NCBI RefSeq assembly: GCF_032062105.1
Contig: NW_026926145.1
Location: forward strand, 62,001 to 126,000
DNA from: Saccostrea cucullata
Taxonomy: Eukaryota
Direction of reading: 5' to 3'
Length of the DNA stretch: 64,000 nt
Within the stretch, counting starts at the first letter, position 1, and every line of letters starts with the position of its first letter. The notes beneath the pieces are model-generated. The model saw nothing but the letters and a program-made list of their open reading frames with translations. It made no database searches and was not told where the DNA came from. The translations under genes and the position numbers were made by a program. Of the stretch, positions 11,969 to 24,800 are shown piece by piece.

Positions 11969-13130
11969 GAGTGTAATGCAGTTGGCAGTAAGCAGCTGAC
12001 AGTTGGCAGTAAGCAGCGATCAGTTGGCAGTAAGCAGTTGGCTGTCGTATATGGCATTCCATACATATCTCTAAATTCAGATTTTCTCTAAAATATCCTA
12101 TATGAATTTTTTTTTTAAATTATGGCTCTACAAAAAGGAGGCCTCCACGTGGCTAGAGCTGCATGGTAACATTGGGATAATATGAATAATAATTAATACA
12201 CAAATTCATATTTTCTTAATGGCTAACGTCCTTACATTTTTTGTTAAGTACTTATTACATAATTAATATTTTACTATTATCATTGTAAAACAAATATAAT
12301 TGAGGAAATTATTATGAATTATTTTAATATCATCTATACAATATTATATTGACAAACAGCTCGCTTCGAATTTAGATAGGGCGTGGTGTACGGTAAACTC
12401 GTAGTGGCACCCGATTTCCGTTGATTCTGAGGTAAAATTGGCTATAAAAATTTACGGATGTCAATATCATTCAATTAAACATCACCTTAGGCCTTATTGT
12501 ACCCCATTACATTCAATTTTTTGGGGTTTCCACCACTTTATTGGGGTTTCACCCCTCCTGTATGGGTATTCTCCAAAAATTGGGGGGTTTCGGGTTTTTC
12601 CAGTCACCCATTTGAATAGTTCATCCCATTTAAATTCGGGTGGGAAAGTATAAAGAATGAGCGGAAACTATCTTTACTATGGAGGGGGAGTTTTATTTCA
12701 AATAGTTATTTTTTATGTCTTTTTTTTTAATCTTTGTGCAAACTGAAGATGATTGAATATTTACATTTGTTTTTACATGCATATATATTGTGTAAAAACA
12801 AAATGGTTATTGCAACTTATTTGTGCCTCACTTTTTATTTAAAAAATAAAAATTCTGCAAAAAACAGTTCTAAATAAACAGTTATTGACTATTCATTTTG
12901 AAAAATTACTACCAGTACCATGTGCAAATGACACCCCCCCCCCCCCCCCCACCCCTCCAGATCGAATATTAGATTTTGTGATACGAAATACTTTGGTATA
13001 TCGTAACTTTTTCCTTTCCATTACTGCACATGCGCGATTCTTTAACATAAACAGGAAATCGCCCGAAAATAGATTAGGGGGGCCTGTCAAATATTGTAAG
13101 TTGCAACAACGTTTGACGACAAATGAAATA

Positions 13131-16100
13131 ATGGGTTTGGAGCCTTTAGAGTTTGCCGAATGCTTGACAGACAGTCCTTCGTTCAGGGAAAAACTACATG
13201 ATCACGAAAAAGAGCTTGATAGGACAAATAAGGCCATCAAGTCTCTGGTGAATGATGGCAAGGAGCTTGTCAATGCAGCCAAACGTAAGACATTAACTAA
13301 ATAACTGGTGTCGGAATATTTATTGTGCATTTATTTATGTTTTCATTAATAACATTTATGTAACATTTTTTGCATGGGCTAAAAATTAATAGTGCAAATG
13401 ATTTTGCTTATATGCATGGAGGTGTGTCCCACAATGTGCTAATAAGGTGAATAAAAATTACAGGTAGCAATTTCAGTGACATTTGAATAATGTCCTTCTT
13501 AACAATTCTCATTTGGTATTTAAAATCTGAAAAGGCTGCAGAAAGACATAATTACCCTTAATTATTTTTTTAAAATACATTTTATAACTGCACAATGTAC
13601 TATGTGCAGTTTAAAAACATCCATTCTTCAATACCCCTTTGATTTACTTCTGCTGTACCTTAAGTAAAAAAAATCATTTTGTTAAAATGTCTCTTGTTAA
13701 TGTTTGAAATAATCCAACAGAAGTGTTGTTTTCTCCGCTTAAGATTTTAAGAAATAAGTTACCTGTAATGTATTCAATTTTATATGTGATAGACAGGAAA
13801 TGTAGAGGTAAATACATGGTGAATGTGAGTCACAGGTCATTTAGGGACCACCTACTAAAACTTGGATCAGGATTGATATACATGCAAATATCTTCTGTGG
13901 TAAATAATTCAATGATGAACTACTAATTATTAAGTAAATAAAACCATTTCAAAATATTTTTTAAGGTTTGCTATCATCATAAGTTCTGCAGTTGTTAATT
14001 TATACAATTTTTTCCATTCAAAATTCTAACAAATAATTCTAATAAAAATTGTCTAAAAAAGATTAAGCATGCAAAGAAAAAGTGCTGGTTTTAACATTTT
14101 GTATTTTCACTTTTGAGATGTTACCCACATCATTACTAAGTGGATCAACTCTATAACTTAAGAGCTATGGTTTCCTTATCTTCTTTCCGTACTTGAAGTT
14201 TATATTATTGAACTTTGCATATTCTTAGAGTAGGCAAGCCCTACATTTTCAGTTTTTAGAAGCATAAAAGCCATGAAATTTTTTTAAAAAAGTTTTCTTG
14301 AATTCTTTCAGATTAGCAAATTGTTGAATAGTAATTGCATGGTATTAGCTACACAAGTAAAATATCAAGTGCATAAATACTGAAACATAGAGATAGTGAA
14401 ACATCTGTGATATATTTTAAGCTGTTTATTCATGAAAAATGAGGAAATAATTCATATCCCACTCATCGTAAGTGTGCAGGCCTATAGCAACATCATCAGT
14501 CAAGATACACACACTTATAATTCACTGCTTAATCTGACAATGGCACTTTGTGTTAAAAAAGGAAATGAAATCGTGCCCTGGTTGATTGCATTTTTATCAG
14601 ATGTGTGTTATAAGAATATCACATGTTTGTATAATATTACGTTTTGTTTCCTGATATTCTCTCTGTCTGACTGTTATCTGAATGATTTTATAGGAGCAAA
14701 TCATATGATTTATAGATTAAGGACTGTAATAAAATAGAGAAAGAAAAGACATGAATATTTCAGAATCCAGAATATTTCATTTTAAAGCCAATGTTTTGTG
14801 GTCAAAAGAGTGTTTTTCATGACCCCAAATCACAGCCTAAGAAAGTGGCAATTTTCCCCCAAATAATCTAAAACTTTCAATGTACAATTCCTTGCAAAAC
14901 TGAGAAAAAAGTCTGCTTTTAAAATATCCACATAAAGCATTGGAGATAAAATTGATTTATAATGAAACTATTGAGACTTTAGTCTTAAAATAAACACTTG
15001 AAAAAATAACCAAGTTGATTTTCATTTTCAGAAATGGGTAAAGCATGGCAAAGTTTTGCACAGAAAATGATGGATTTCAAATTTGAGTGCATTGGAGAAA
15101 AATTGACAGATGATGAAGAAAAAATAGGTAAAGTTATGAAATGGTCTAGAATAAACAGTTATACTGAAAGGGCTGTCAATGCAAAGTTGCAAACTACATC
15201 AGGGTTGCAAATAACATTTAAACCTTAGGGGCCATGTGGGCCCCCAACTTCACAAATTTTACCAGCCCACATTGATATTATGGGGCCCACAATTTTTTTT
15301 TTCACTTTTTAAAAAAATCTTTTAATATTAAATTATTAGAAAAAAACTTTATTGTTCATAGTATTTAATTATTTATTTTCAAATTTTTCCTGCAGACTTT
15401 GACACTACTAAATGTATGAAATTCCATGTTATCATTCAATTCAAATTTGCTTCTTTTGATTTCAGTTGTTTCGGGGCATGTATTTTGAATTAGGCTTAAA
15501 AAAATGTTTGATTCCATAAAAACCAAGGGTTGGTATGTCAGGTTTTTTTGGTTTATAAATGATAGGGCCAAACATCCCTGGACTGAATTGAGCAGGTGTT
15601 GTATTTACAGTGGACACCCAAAATGGCTGCCCAGTGGCTGAAAACGAACTTCAAAAAGTTGTTGGGGGAATTCTTGTTACAATAATTATTACTCTTTAAA
15701 TTTAAGGTAAATGTTGACTAGGTTGACATATTTTATATCTTAAATAAAGCTACAATTAATATTTGTTGAAAAATTAGCTGCAATAATGTAGCCCTCTCCA
15801 ATTTTTTTTTTTTTTTTTTTTGGGAGAGGGCTACAACGCCTTAGGATCTCTATAATGGCGCAGATGCGGCAGTGGATCACTCCCGCACGGATTTCGGCTC
15901 AAATTATCAGTAAACGGCTATTTTATTATTAGCTCTTACCTGGAATCCAAATATGTAATTATGCAAAACATAAATCGATCCAAAAATATTCACAACGACC
16001 CATATATCGGTTATTTTTCGTGTGTGTCACCAGCTTAACTTGAATTTATCCGCCATGTTTACTGACCTTGATGGCGGTACTACGAATCACCGGAATGCCC

Positions 16101-17679
16101 CGGAATCACCGAAATGCCCTAAGAAATCACCGAAATGCCACCGAAATGCCCCTTATTTTGTTATATATAAACAAAAAATTAATAAATATTGATGACTTTA
16201 ACTGTTCTAGAGCCTAGATACCGAATAAAAATGTCATAATTTTAACGTAAGTATTTTTATTTGAACAGAAGATTGTGCATGTTATAGTATCTAAGAAAGA
16301 TAACTCTCACTGATTAAAGGCACATGCCAAAATAGTCTTATTTTTAATTTTTCCCTTTTTTCTGTTTTAAATATATTCTAAATAATAAGTCATATTTTTC
16401 ATATCAATTAAAATTTTGTTTGTAATATCATTTACATGTACATATATTCTTGATTTCTAAAAACGGAGTACACTAGTGTAATTTTACTGGAAAGTCCTAT
16501 CTTTATATCCTTTTATCCTATCTTTATATCCTTTTATCCTTGATGGATTGTATTTTGGGACAGCCAATGAGAATTTAGGTTCTATAGGAGCGGATCTACT
16601 AGGAATTCCCTTATTTTAAGCATACGTATCGCTGTTTGCGCAAAAATAACACTTGAAATGGTTTTACTTATCGATGTTTTTGTAATATATTAAAGCACAA
16701 TCGTTTATAAACATCGACATTTGCTTTATTTGGTTGTTCCAAATTTCAAGCGAAAGTCTCACTACGTCACGCGTGAACTGTCATGGCTGCTGAATATTGC
16801 AGCTGGGAAAGACACAGATTTATTTTACATGGTTTTCGAGTTTAACAGGCTATGTTGTTGACAGTGAATAAAAATTCCGTCTTATAAGAAGTAAGTTTAA
16901 TGTAAAAATGATTTATTTTGCCTCCAATCACCCGTATCAAAAAAATATATTTGCACCATTACGGAGATGCGATGGAATTGTAGCCCTCTCCAGAAAATAT
17001 CAGATAAAAAAAAATCGGAGAGGGCTACATTATTGCAGCTATGAAAAATGGAATCAGCTGAATGATCAAACACAGAAAAATCCGTCTGGGATATAAAAAC
17101 GAAAGTACATAGAATAGTAGAAACAAACTACGATCTGATTCTGGAAAAGGTCCTATAAATTCTTACTCGCCATGTGGGCGATAACATTCTCAAAAGCTGG
17201 TCGCCCACAGGAAAATTTACTCGCATTTGCGAGTGGGCGAGTGGTTATTTGCAACCCTGCTACATGGGAACAGTAGCATTTTGTCATTTTGAACAATAAT
17301 AGCTGCAGAACAGTAGCTCTGCAAAAAAATATTGACAGACCGGAGAGCTACAGTGCAAGGCATTGAAAAAAAAACTGTATATTTATTGCATACAAAAAGT
17401 GTGCTGTTTCTTGATTTATTTCTCCATGTTTTTCAAACTGTCGACATCACATCAAAATATTACTAACAGTATGTTCCTTACATATTTTTTCACTGTTCCA
17501 CAACAAAACATTCCTAATAATTTTTGCTAATAGCCCTCCTGGCCCTGAAATTGAGATGATCGAAAATTTCGTCCATTTATACTGCCGTTTTGTTTGCAAG
17601 ATAATTCGGTCAAATGCGCTTCGTGCAGATGTCAACGTCGACAGTACTTGATAGAAAAGTAAGGATTTTTTTATTTAGC

Positions 17680-17725
<46 letters not shown>

Positions 17726-17789
17726 CATTTTGTCCGGCGTCCGTCTGTCTGTCTGTCTGTAAACTTTTCACATTTTTGACTTCTTCTCA

Positions 17790-17820
<31 letters not shown>

Positions 17821-17821
17821 C

Positions 17822-17879
<58 letters not shown>

Positions 17880-18847
17880 AATTCAAGGGGAGAAAATTGG
17901 GAATTATTGAAAATTTGGTGGTATCTTTTATAAATCTTCTTCCCAAGAACCACTGTGCCAGGAAAAATGAAACTTATGTGGAAACATCCTCAGGTAGAGT
18001 AGATTCAATTTTGTTCAAATCATGACCCCCAGGGGTAGGGCGGGGCCACAATAGCCGACCAAAGTTTTACATAGAAATGTAAAGGAAAATTCTTTAAAAA
18101 TCTTCTTCTCAAGAATGACAAAGCCATAATTGATCATATTTATATGGAAGCATCGTCAGGTAGTGTAGATTCAAGTTTGTTCAAATCATGACTCCCGGGG
18201 GTAGGACGGGGCCAAAATGGCCGACCAAAGTTTTACATCTATAGAAATATATAGGAAAATTCTTTAAAAATCTTTTTCTCAAGAATAACAAAGCCATAAT
18301 TGATCATATTTATATGGAAGCATCCTCAGGTAGTGTAGATTCAAGTTTCTTCAAATCATGACCCCCAGGGGTAGGGCGGGCCACAAAGTTTTACATAGAA
18401 ATATATAGGAAAATTCTTTAAAAATCTTTTTCTCAAGAATAACAAAGCCATAATTGATCATATTTATATGGAAGCATCCTCAGGTAGTGTAGATTCAAGT
18501 TTCTTCAAATCATGACCCCCAGGGGTAGGGCGGGGCCACAAAGTTTTACATAGAAATATATAGGAAAATTCTTTAAAAATCTTCTTCTCAAGAATAACAA
18601 AGCCATAATTGATCATATTTATATGGAAGCATCCTCAAGTAGTGTAGATTCAAGTTTCTTCAAATCATGACCCCCAGGGGTAGGGCGGGGCCACAAAGGC
18701 CAATCAAAGTTTTGCATAGAAATATAAAGGAAAATTCTTTAAAAATCTTCTTCTCAAGAATGACAAAGCCATAATTGGTCATGGGACTACTTTTGGATAT
18801 AAACTATTCAATAATAATCCCATTTCTGCTTTTTCCCACCCACAGTG

Positions 18848-18882
<35 letters not shown>

Positions 18883-21800
18883 GCAATTGAGGTAAGAATT
18901 TGGAAGAATTAATCCATGAACAAGCACAATTTTTGTGTGCAATAAATATAGTTTTTCAATGGGTGGGAATGTAGCTCTACGGTCTGTCATATATTTTTTA
19001 GTTCTGCAGCTAGAACAATAGTAAATATACATGTTATATATACCAGCAATACCAAAATATTTATTTTTAAAAAATAGACGTTAAATTATTGTGGTTTTGA
19101 TTTTTTGAACTTGGAATATTGGTAAAAATCACATACTTACAAGGTCCCAGAAGGATACAGAGCCCATGAGGGTTAAAATGTGATATATTTTGTTATAAAG
19201 TACATGTATTATTCAATGGGTTTCCCCTGAGCAATTCATTGTGCAACTTAATGAAATAAAATATATGAATATATATAAATTATATATACATATGTATTTT
19301 AAGCTGGTTCCTTAAAGGAGTTTGGGAAGCTGATATTGAGAGTTGAAGAGGAGAGAGATAGAATGGTATCTTATTTATATTGCCTTACAATCATCTTGTT
19401 TTTCATATGTTATTTTATTTTTAACCTTTCCTGTCAGATATAAAACGTTAGGAAACATTTTTTCTTTTAATTTTAAAGAAAACTACCCATATATATTTCT
19501 TTTGTTTATTTTAATTTCTTAAATAATGATCTATTTTAGTTGTCAAAGGTGACAGACTTCTTCCAGCAGTTGGACAAATTTAGGAAGGATCAGATAGGTT
19601 CAGTTAAGGTAAGTAAAACATTGAAATGAAACTGAGAGATTAGAGATACATGTGGGGCTTTATCTAGTCAGATACGTATTCATATGTGGGGAAATATGCA
19701 TTTTGAAGTAGGTACATTTTTAGCTCACCTCAACGAAGTTAGGGGAGCTTATGTAATACCCTCGGCGTCGGCGTCCCAGGTTAAGGTTAAGTTTTTTGGA
19801 GCAGTTTTCTTTTAAAGTACTTCTATGTCCTATATTGATTAGACATGCATGGAAGATGCTTCTAGTGTGTTTCATTGTACCAGTCAAAGTTTCAGATGCT
19901 GCAATTTCAGCAAAGGAATGACCAGGTTAATGTTTTTGGAGCAGGTTAACATTTTTGGAGCAGTTTTTGGTGTAGGTCTCATTTCCAAGGAACTATAAGC
20001 CCTATGTTGACCAAACTTGCATGGATGATACATCTAAGAATGCACACTACCGGGCTTGCTTTGGATGCTGAATCTGACCTACATTTTCTGGTTGAGTGAA
20101 CAGGTTAAAGTTTTTGGTGCAGGTTTCATTTCCAAGGAACTATAAGCCCTATGTTGACCAAACTTGCATGGATGATACATCTAAGGATGCATACTACTAA
20201 GCTTGCTTCGGATGCTGAATCTGACCTACATTTTCCTGTTGAGTGAACAGGTTAAAGTTTTTGGTGCAGGTTTCATTTCCAAGTAACTATAAGCCCTATG
20301 TTGACCAAACTTGCATGGATGATACATCTAAGGATGCATACTACTAAGCTTGCTTCGGATGCTGAATCTGACCTACATTTTCCAGTTGAGTGAACAGGTT
20401 AAAGTTTTTGGTGCAGATTTCATTTCAAAGTGATTATGAGCCGTATGTTGACCAAACTTGCATGGATGATACATCTAAGGATGCATACTACCAGGCTTGC
20501 TTCGGATGCTGAATCTGACCTACATTTTCCTGTTGAGTGAACAGGTTAAAGTTTTTGGTGCAGGTTTCATTTCCAAGTAACTATAAGCCCTATGTTGACC
20601 AAACTTGCATGGATGATACATCTAAGGATGCATACTACCAGGCTTGCTTCGGATGCTGAATCTGACCTACATTTTGTGGATGAGTGAAAATGTTAGTTTT
20701 GAAGCAGGTTTCATTTCCAATTAACTATGAGCCCTATAGTGAGCAATCTTGCATGGATGATACATCTTAGGATGCACACCAGTGGACTTGCTTCGGATGC
20801 CGAATTCAACATACATTTTTCAGATAACGGACCAGGTAAAAGTTATTGCTGCAGGTCTATTACCATAAAACTATAAGGCTTATGAAGCATTGTATAAGCC
20901 AAACTTGCACAAATGATGCATTAAGGGATGAAAACTCAAATTTGCATCCGATGTTGGATTTTAATGACATTTTCATGAAGAAGAACTAGTTTAAATTTTT
21001 TATATGGGTTTATTTCAAAGTATCAGATTAAAATTGCTTAAATATTTTCATTTTTAGAATGTACACTTTTTGTTGGTTAATTTTGTTACATTGCCTTACT
21101 TAAAGACAACATTCGTTGAGGTGAGCTCTGTAATCTCTGATTATCTATGTTGTTTTTTTTTATTTGAATTTTAAAAACAACATTTTATAGGAAATCATTT
21201 TGCACAATTTTCTGTCATTGTTGCTTTAAGGAGGAAAAGAAAGCCTTTGATAGACATACTGCAAAAATCTGCCAGTCTTTAGAGAGATATCTAAACCTGA
21301 AGTCCAAAATGAATGACAACACCCTTCAAGAGGTATTAACAACTTTAATTTGGTAAAAAGAGAAAAATGTGAACATTTGGCATTTTTTTTATTTTAATAA
21401 TGTATTGTATTAACGTTCAGGCTGATGCCACTCTTGAGATGGAATTCCGAAGCTTTAGGGAATGCTCCATGAAATATGTCCTTAAATTACAAGAGGTTCA
21501 AGAAAGAAAGAAATTTGATTTTGTAGAAACTGTGAGTATGGAAGTAATCATAAAAGAGTTGTTTTAATGTGAAGGAGTGCATTAAGTTACTCAGACTGGC
21601 ATTTCAATAGAATCTGAATTTAACAATTACACACTTCAAAACAATTTTTAAAAAGATATCTAAGTGATAATTTCTCTCTTACAGATTTTAGCCTTTATGT
21701 ATAGTTTGTTCACATTTTACCACCAAGGTAAGAGATGCCTGTAAAAATTATGTATTTAAATTTGAATTCCAATGAAAATATTTACTGGTGTATATGCCTA

Positions 21801-24800
21801 TATGTATTGCAGTGACATTGTGTTTTGATTATTTACAATGTAGGTTTTGATGCCAGTAATGAACTCAAAGAGTCCTCTATGCATCTTCAGAAAATCCTTC
21901 AGAAGGTAAAACAAACAGAATTTTTAATAATAAAAACGTAAAAAATAGATCACAGTGTGCGCTTTCTTTGTAATGCAGAAAAATTACAAGAGGCATCAGA
22001 TGAAATTTCTGTACATTAAAAATCTATTTTCTTTCAGACACGGGAAAGTTTTGAAAGTCAAAAGGAATACACAGAGACTTTGATGTTTAAGATGTTGGAC
22101 AATCGGGTGAGTAGGTTATCTCCCTTAGAGTAGATTGTGCTTTCCAGTATAAACATGACACACAAACATATACTCAGGACTGACACATGTACACATTAGT
22201 ACATGTACTATATATTGTGTAGTTGGTTATGGAAAACAATTATTCATTAACAGGAAAATACAATGGAAAAGGTATTTAATGCAATGCACAAAGATTTTTT
22301 TTTTTTTTTTGCATGTGCCAAAATTTATTTCACAATTCAGTCTCTTCTTACATATCAGATTGGTTTATGATTTTAAGTTCTTATTTTTACCTGAAGTGGC
22401 ACAGTATAATACAAATTTACCTGATAGATAATTATCTTTGATGATAAAGCTCAAAAACATTTGTTTTATTTAAAGAGATACTTCAACAAAAATTTGTATT
22501 TGTTTTGAAGCTTGTAGAAATGTTTTACAAGTGATATTTTCAAGAAATTGATACTTGTTCTTTCTAGCATTCAAAAATTTGCTTTGCTTTGCTTTTACCA
22601 AAAAATGTGTTACATCATTGGTTTTAGAGGTAGTCATGTAATAAAAAAATTAATTTGATCATCATCAAGTGCATCTTAAATCTAGAATCTGTACTTCTGG
22701 TCTTTTTTTGTTACTTTTTGAAATGAACATGTATACACGTATAGTGCACTGAAACTCATTCTCATAAGAAATGTTATTACCACACTGGTCAGCTGCTTAA
22801 TTGACCTTTTTTAGTCAATACTTTGGGTGAGTACTTTAAGCACATTGCACAATGGGCCATGACATATTTTTCAGATTTTACTTGTCTTTTTCATTTGCTA
22901 TTATAAAAACTCAATTGATTTAGTAAAAATGATGCAAATGCCTATATAAGTACATGCATAATTAGCCGTACATTTATATTAAATAAGTACAAATGACTTT
23001 CATTCTTTAAATATATATTTATAAAAACAAAATCTGATTCCATTTAACTTCTTTATTTGCCTTTTGAGAACTACTCAGCTACACACATCATCAATGTCAA
23101 ACATATATGTACAAATAATGCATACATAGTGAAAATTTGCAAAAGATAACATGTTAAATCTATGAGTGGCCGATGGCCTCATGTGGTTGGCCGATGGCCG
23201 TATGTGGTTGGCCGATGGCCTTGTATGGATGGCCGATGGCCTTGTATGGTTGGCCGATGGCTTTGTATGGGCGGCCGATGGCCTGTGAGTCTGCATGGCC
23301 GATGGCCTTGTAGAAGTAAACATGTACTATGTATGCTGAAAAATGCAATTTCTTTGGGGTAGAATAACACATGATATATAAAATATTCAGGTGTGAAATG
23401 CCAACATTTACATAAACAAACAGTATGAACAAAAGTAGTTCTCTATGATCAAATTAAGATGTCAAACATATATGTACAAATAATGCATACATAGTGAAAA
23501 TTTGCAAAAGATAACATGTTAAATCTATGAGTGGCCGATGGCCTCATGTGGTTGGCCGATGGCCTTGTATGGATGGCCAATGGCCTTGTATGGGCGGCCG
23601 ATGGCCTTGTGTGTCTGCATGGCCGATGGCCTGTGAGTCTGCATGGCCGATGGCCTTGTAGAAGTAAACATGTACTATGTATGCTGAAAAATGCATTTTC
23701 TTTGGGGTAGAATAACACATGATATATAAAATATTCAGGTGTGAAATGCCCAAAACGAAGGTAGCACAAACAGAAAATTGATGTGTTTGGGATAGCTGAG
23801 AGTCCCCAAAAGAAATTTCATTCTTTAAATATATATGTATTTTATAATGGAACTTGTTTTCATTTTAATTTATGCTTGGGTGATGGATCTTGATGATAAT
23901 TGTAGTCACTCTACCTGAAGGATGTAGAATTAACAAGTTTTGACTTTTGCTGTATGTAGAGAATTCGTTTTATATAGATTAATCTGTTTTGGTCTTAGCT
24001 CTCATGATAGATGCTTAAAGTTGTTAAGTACAAGTATATTTTCAATTCCTATCTGTTTGTTAGCAAATGCAGTATTATTTCTTTATTCACCAATCTCCTT
24101 GACTAATTTAGAATTTTTATTGCAGAAACCTAGTGGGGTGACCCAGACTAACAAAGGCTGTACAAAAGAGGGATATCTGTACCTAATGGAGAAAAGTGAG
24201 AAGGAAATATTTCCTGTTGGGATGTCTTAATATTTGATGTACCTTTAGAAAACATAATTTTTTATGACATAATATTTATATTAGTAAAATCAGCCATGAA
24301 AGTAATACATGATTCATTATCATTACAGAGGTGATGGGGACGACCTGGACCAAATATTACTGCTGGTACAAGAAAGAGGGCAAGATATTTCACATGATGC
24401 CCTACAACCAGGTCACTGGAAAACTGGTAGGTGTAAAACATCAGCAAAGATTAAGGTCACTTGAGATACATGTATTTTGGTGAGATATTGATATCCTTCC
24501 CAGACGATGTGCAATTTTTTGAAACTTTGAAAGATTTCCGTTCTGAAAAGGCTGTGGCAGTTTTAGATAGTTTTGTAAAGCAGTATCAATGGAGAATGGA
24601 GGCTATATAGTCCTTTAGCCCTGGGGAGAAAATCATGAAAATTCATGCAATATTAAAAAATTCTCTACTCTTTTTATGCTGAACTTAGCAGAAAAAACTA
24701 TTTTCATTTGTATTTATAAACATGTATCCATAGTGTATTAGAGGGTATGATAAAAAAAACCCAAAGATATGCAGGTGACTTTCAAAGCCCATGGGCCTGT

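Larger units (their letters stand above)
10346..12060. mobile_element. TIR element with ~85-bp TIRs built of CTGCTTACTGCCAA repeats, carrying a LINE RT fragment
   Basis: GGAATGCCATATACGACAGCCAACTGC... at 10346 and its reverse complement ending at 12060; no clear TSD. Confidence 0.75.
9011..12231. mobile_element. Kolobok-like (TTAA) non-autonomous element
   Basis: TTAA|GGACG...CGTCC|TTAC ends; inverted subterminal blocks AGCTCTA...CGTGGAGGCCTCC...GTAGAGCCAT (9131-9173 vs 12121-12160). Confidence 0.6.
6106..12609. mobile_element. Merlin-like non-autonomous DNA transposon (6.5 kb including nested insertions)
   Basis: 8-bp TSD ATTTGAAT (6098-6105, 12610-12617); ends CGGTAACTGG / CCAGTCACCC; ~185-bp TIR (6106-6291 vs 12423-12609) that continues at 7921-7955 vs 12356-12389. 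Confidence 0.82.

Noticed and set aside
12885-13130. N-terminal extension of the RhoGAP ORF (proline run)
   Set aside because: The ORF begins at a non-ATG codon and crosses a poly-C tract; family homology starts at ATG 13131.
19980-20860. Regular repeats resembling a CRISPR array
   Set aside because: Whole units are repeated with no unique spacers, there are no cas genes, and the context is a eukaryotic intron.
23075-23769. Overlapping repetitive ORFs (RPSA/GRWP/AIGH repeats)
   Set aside because: Translations of a 21-bp minisatellite within a RhoGAP intron.
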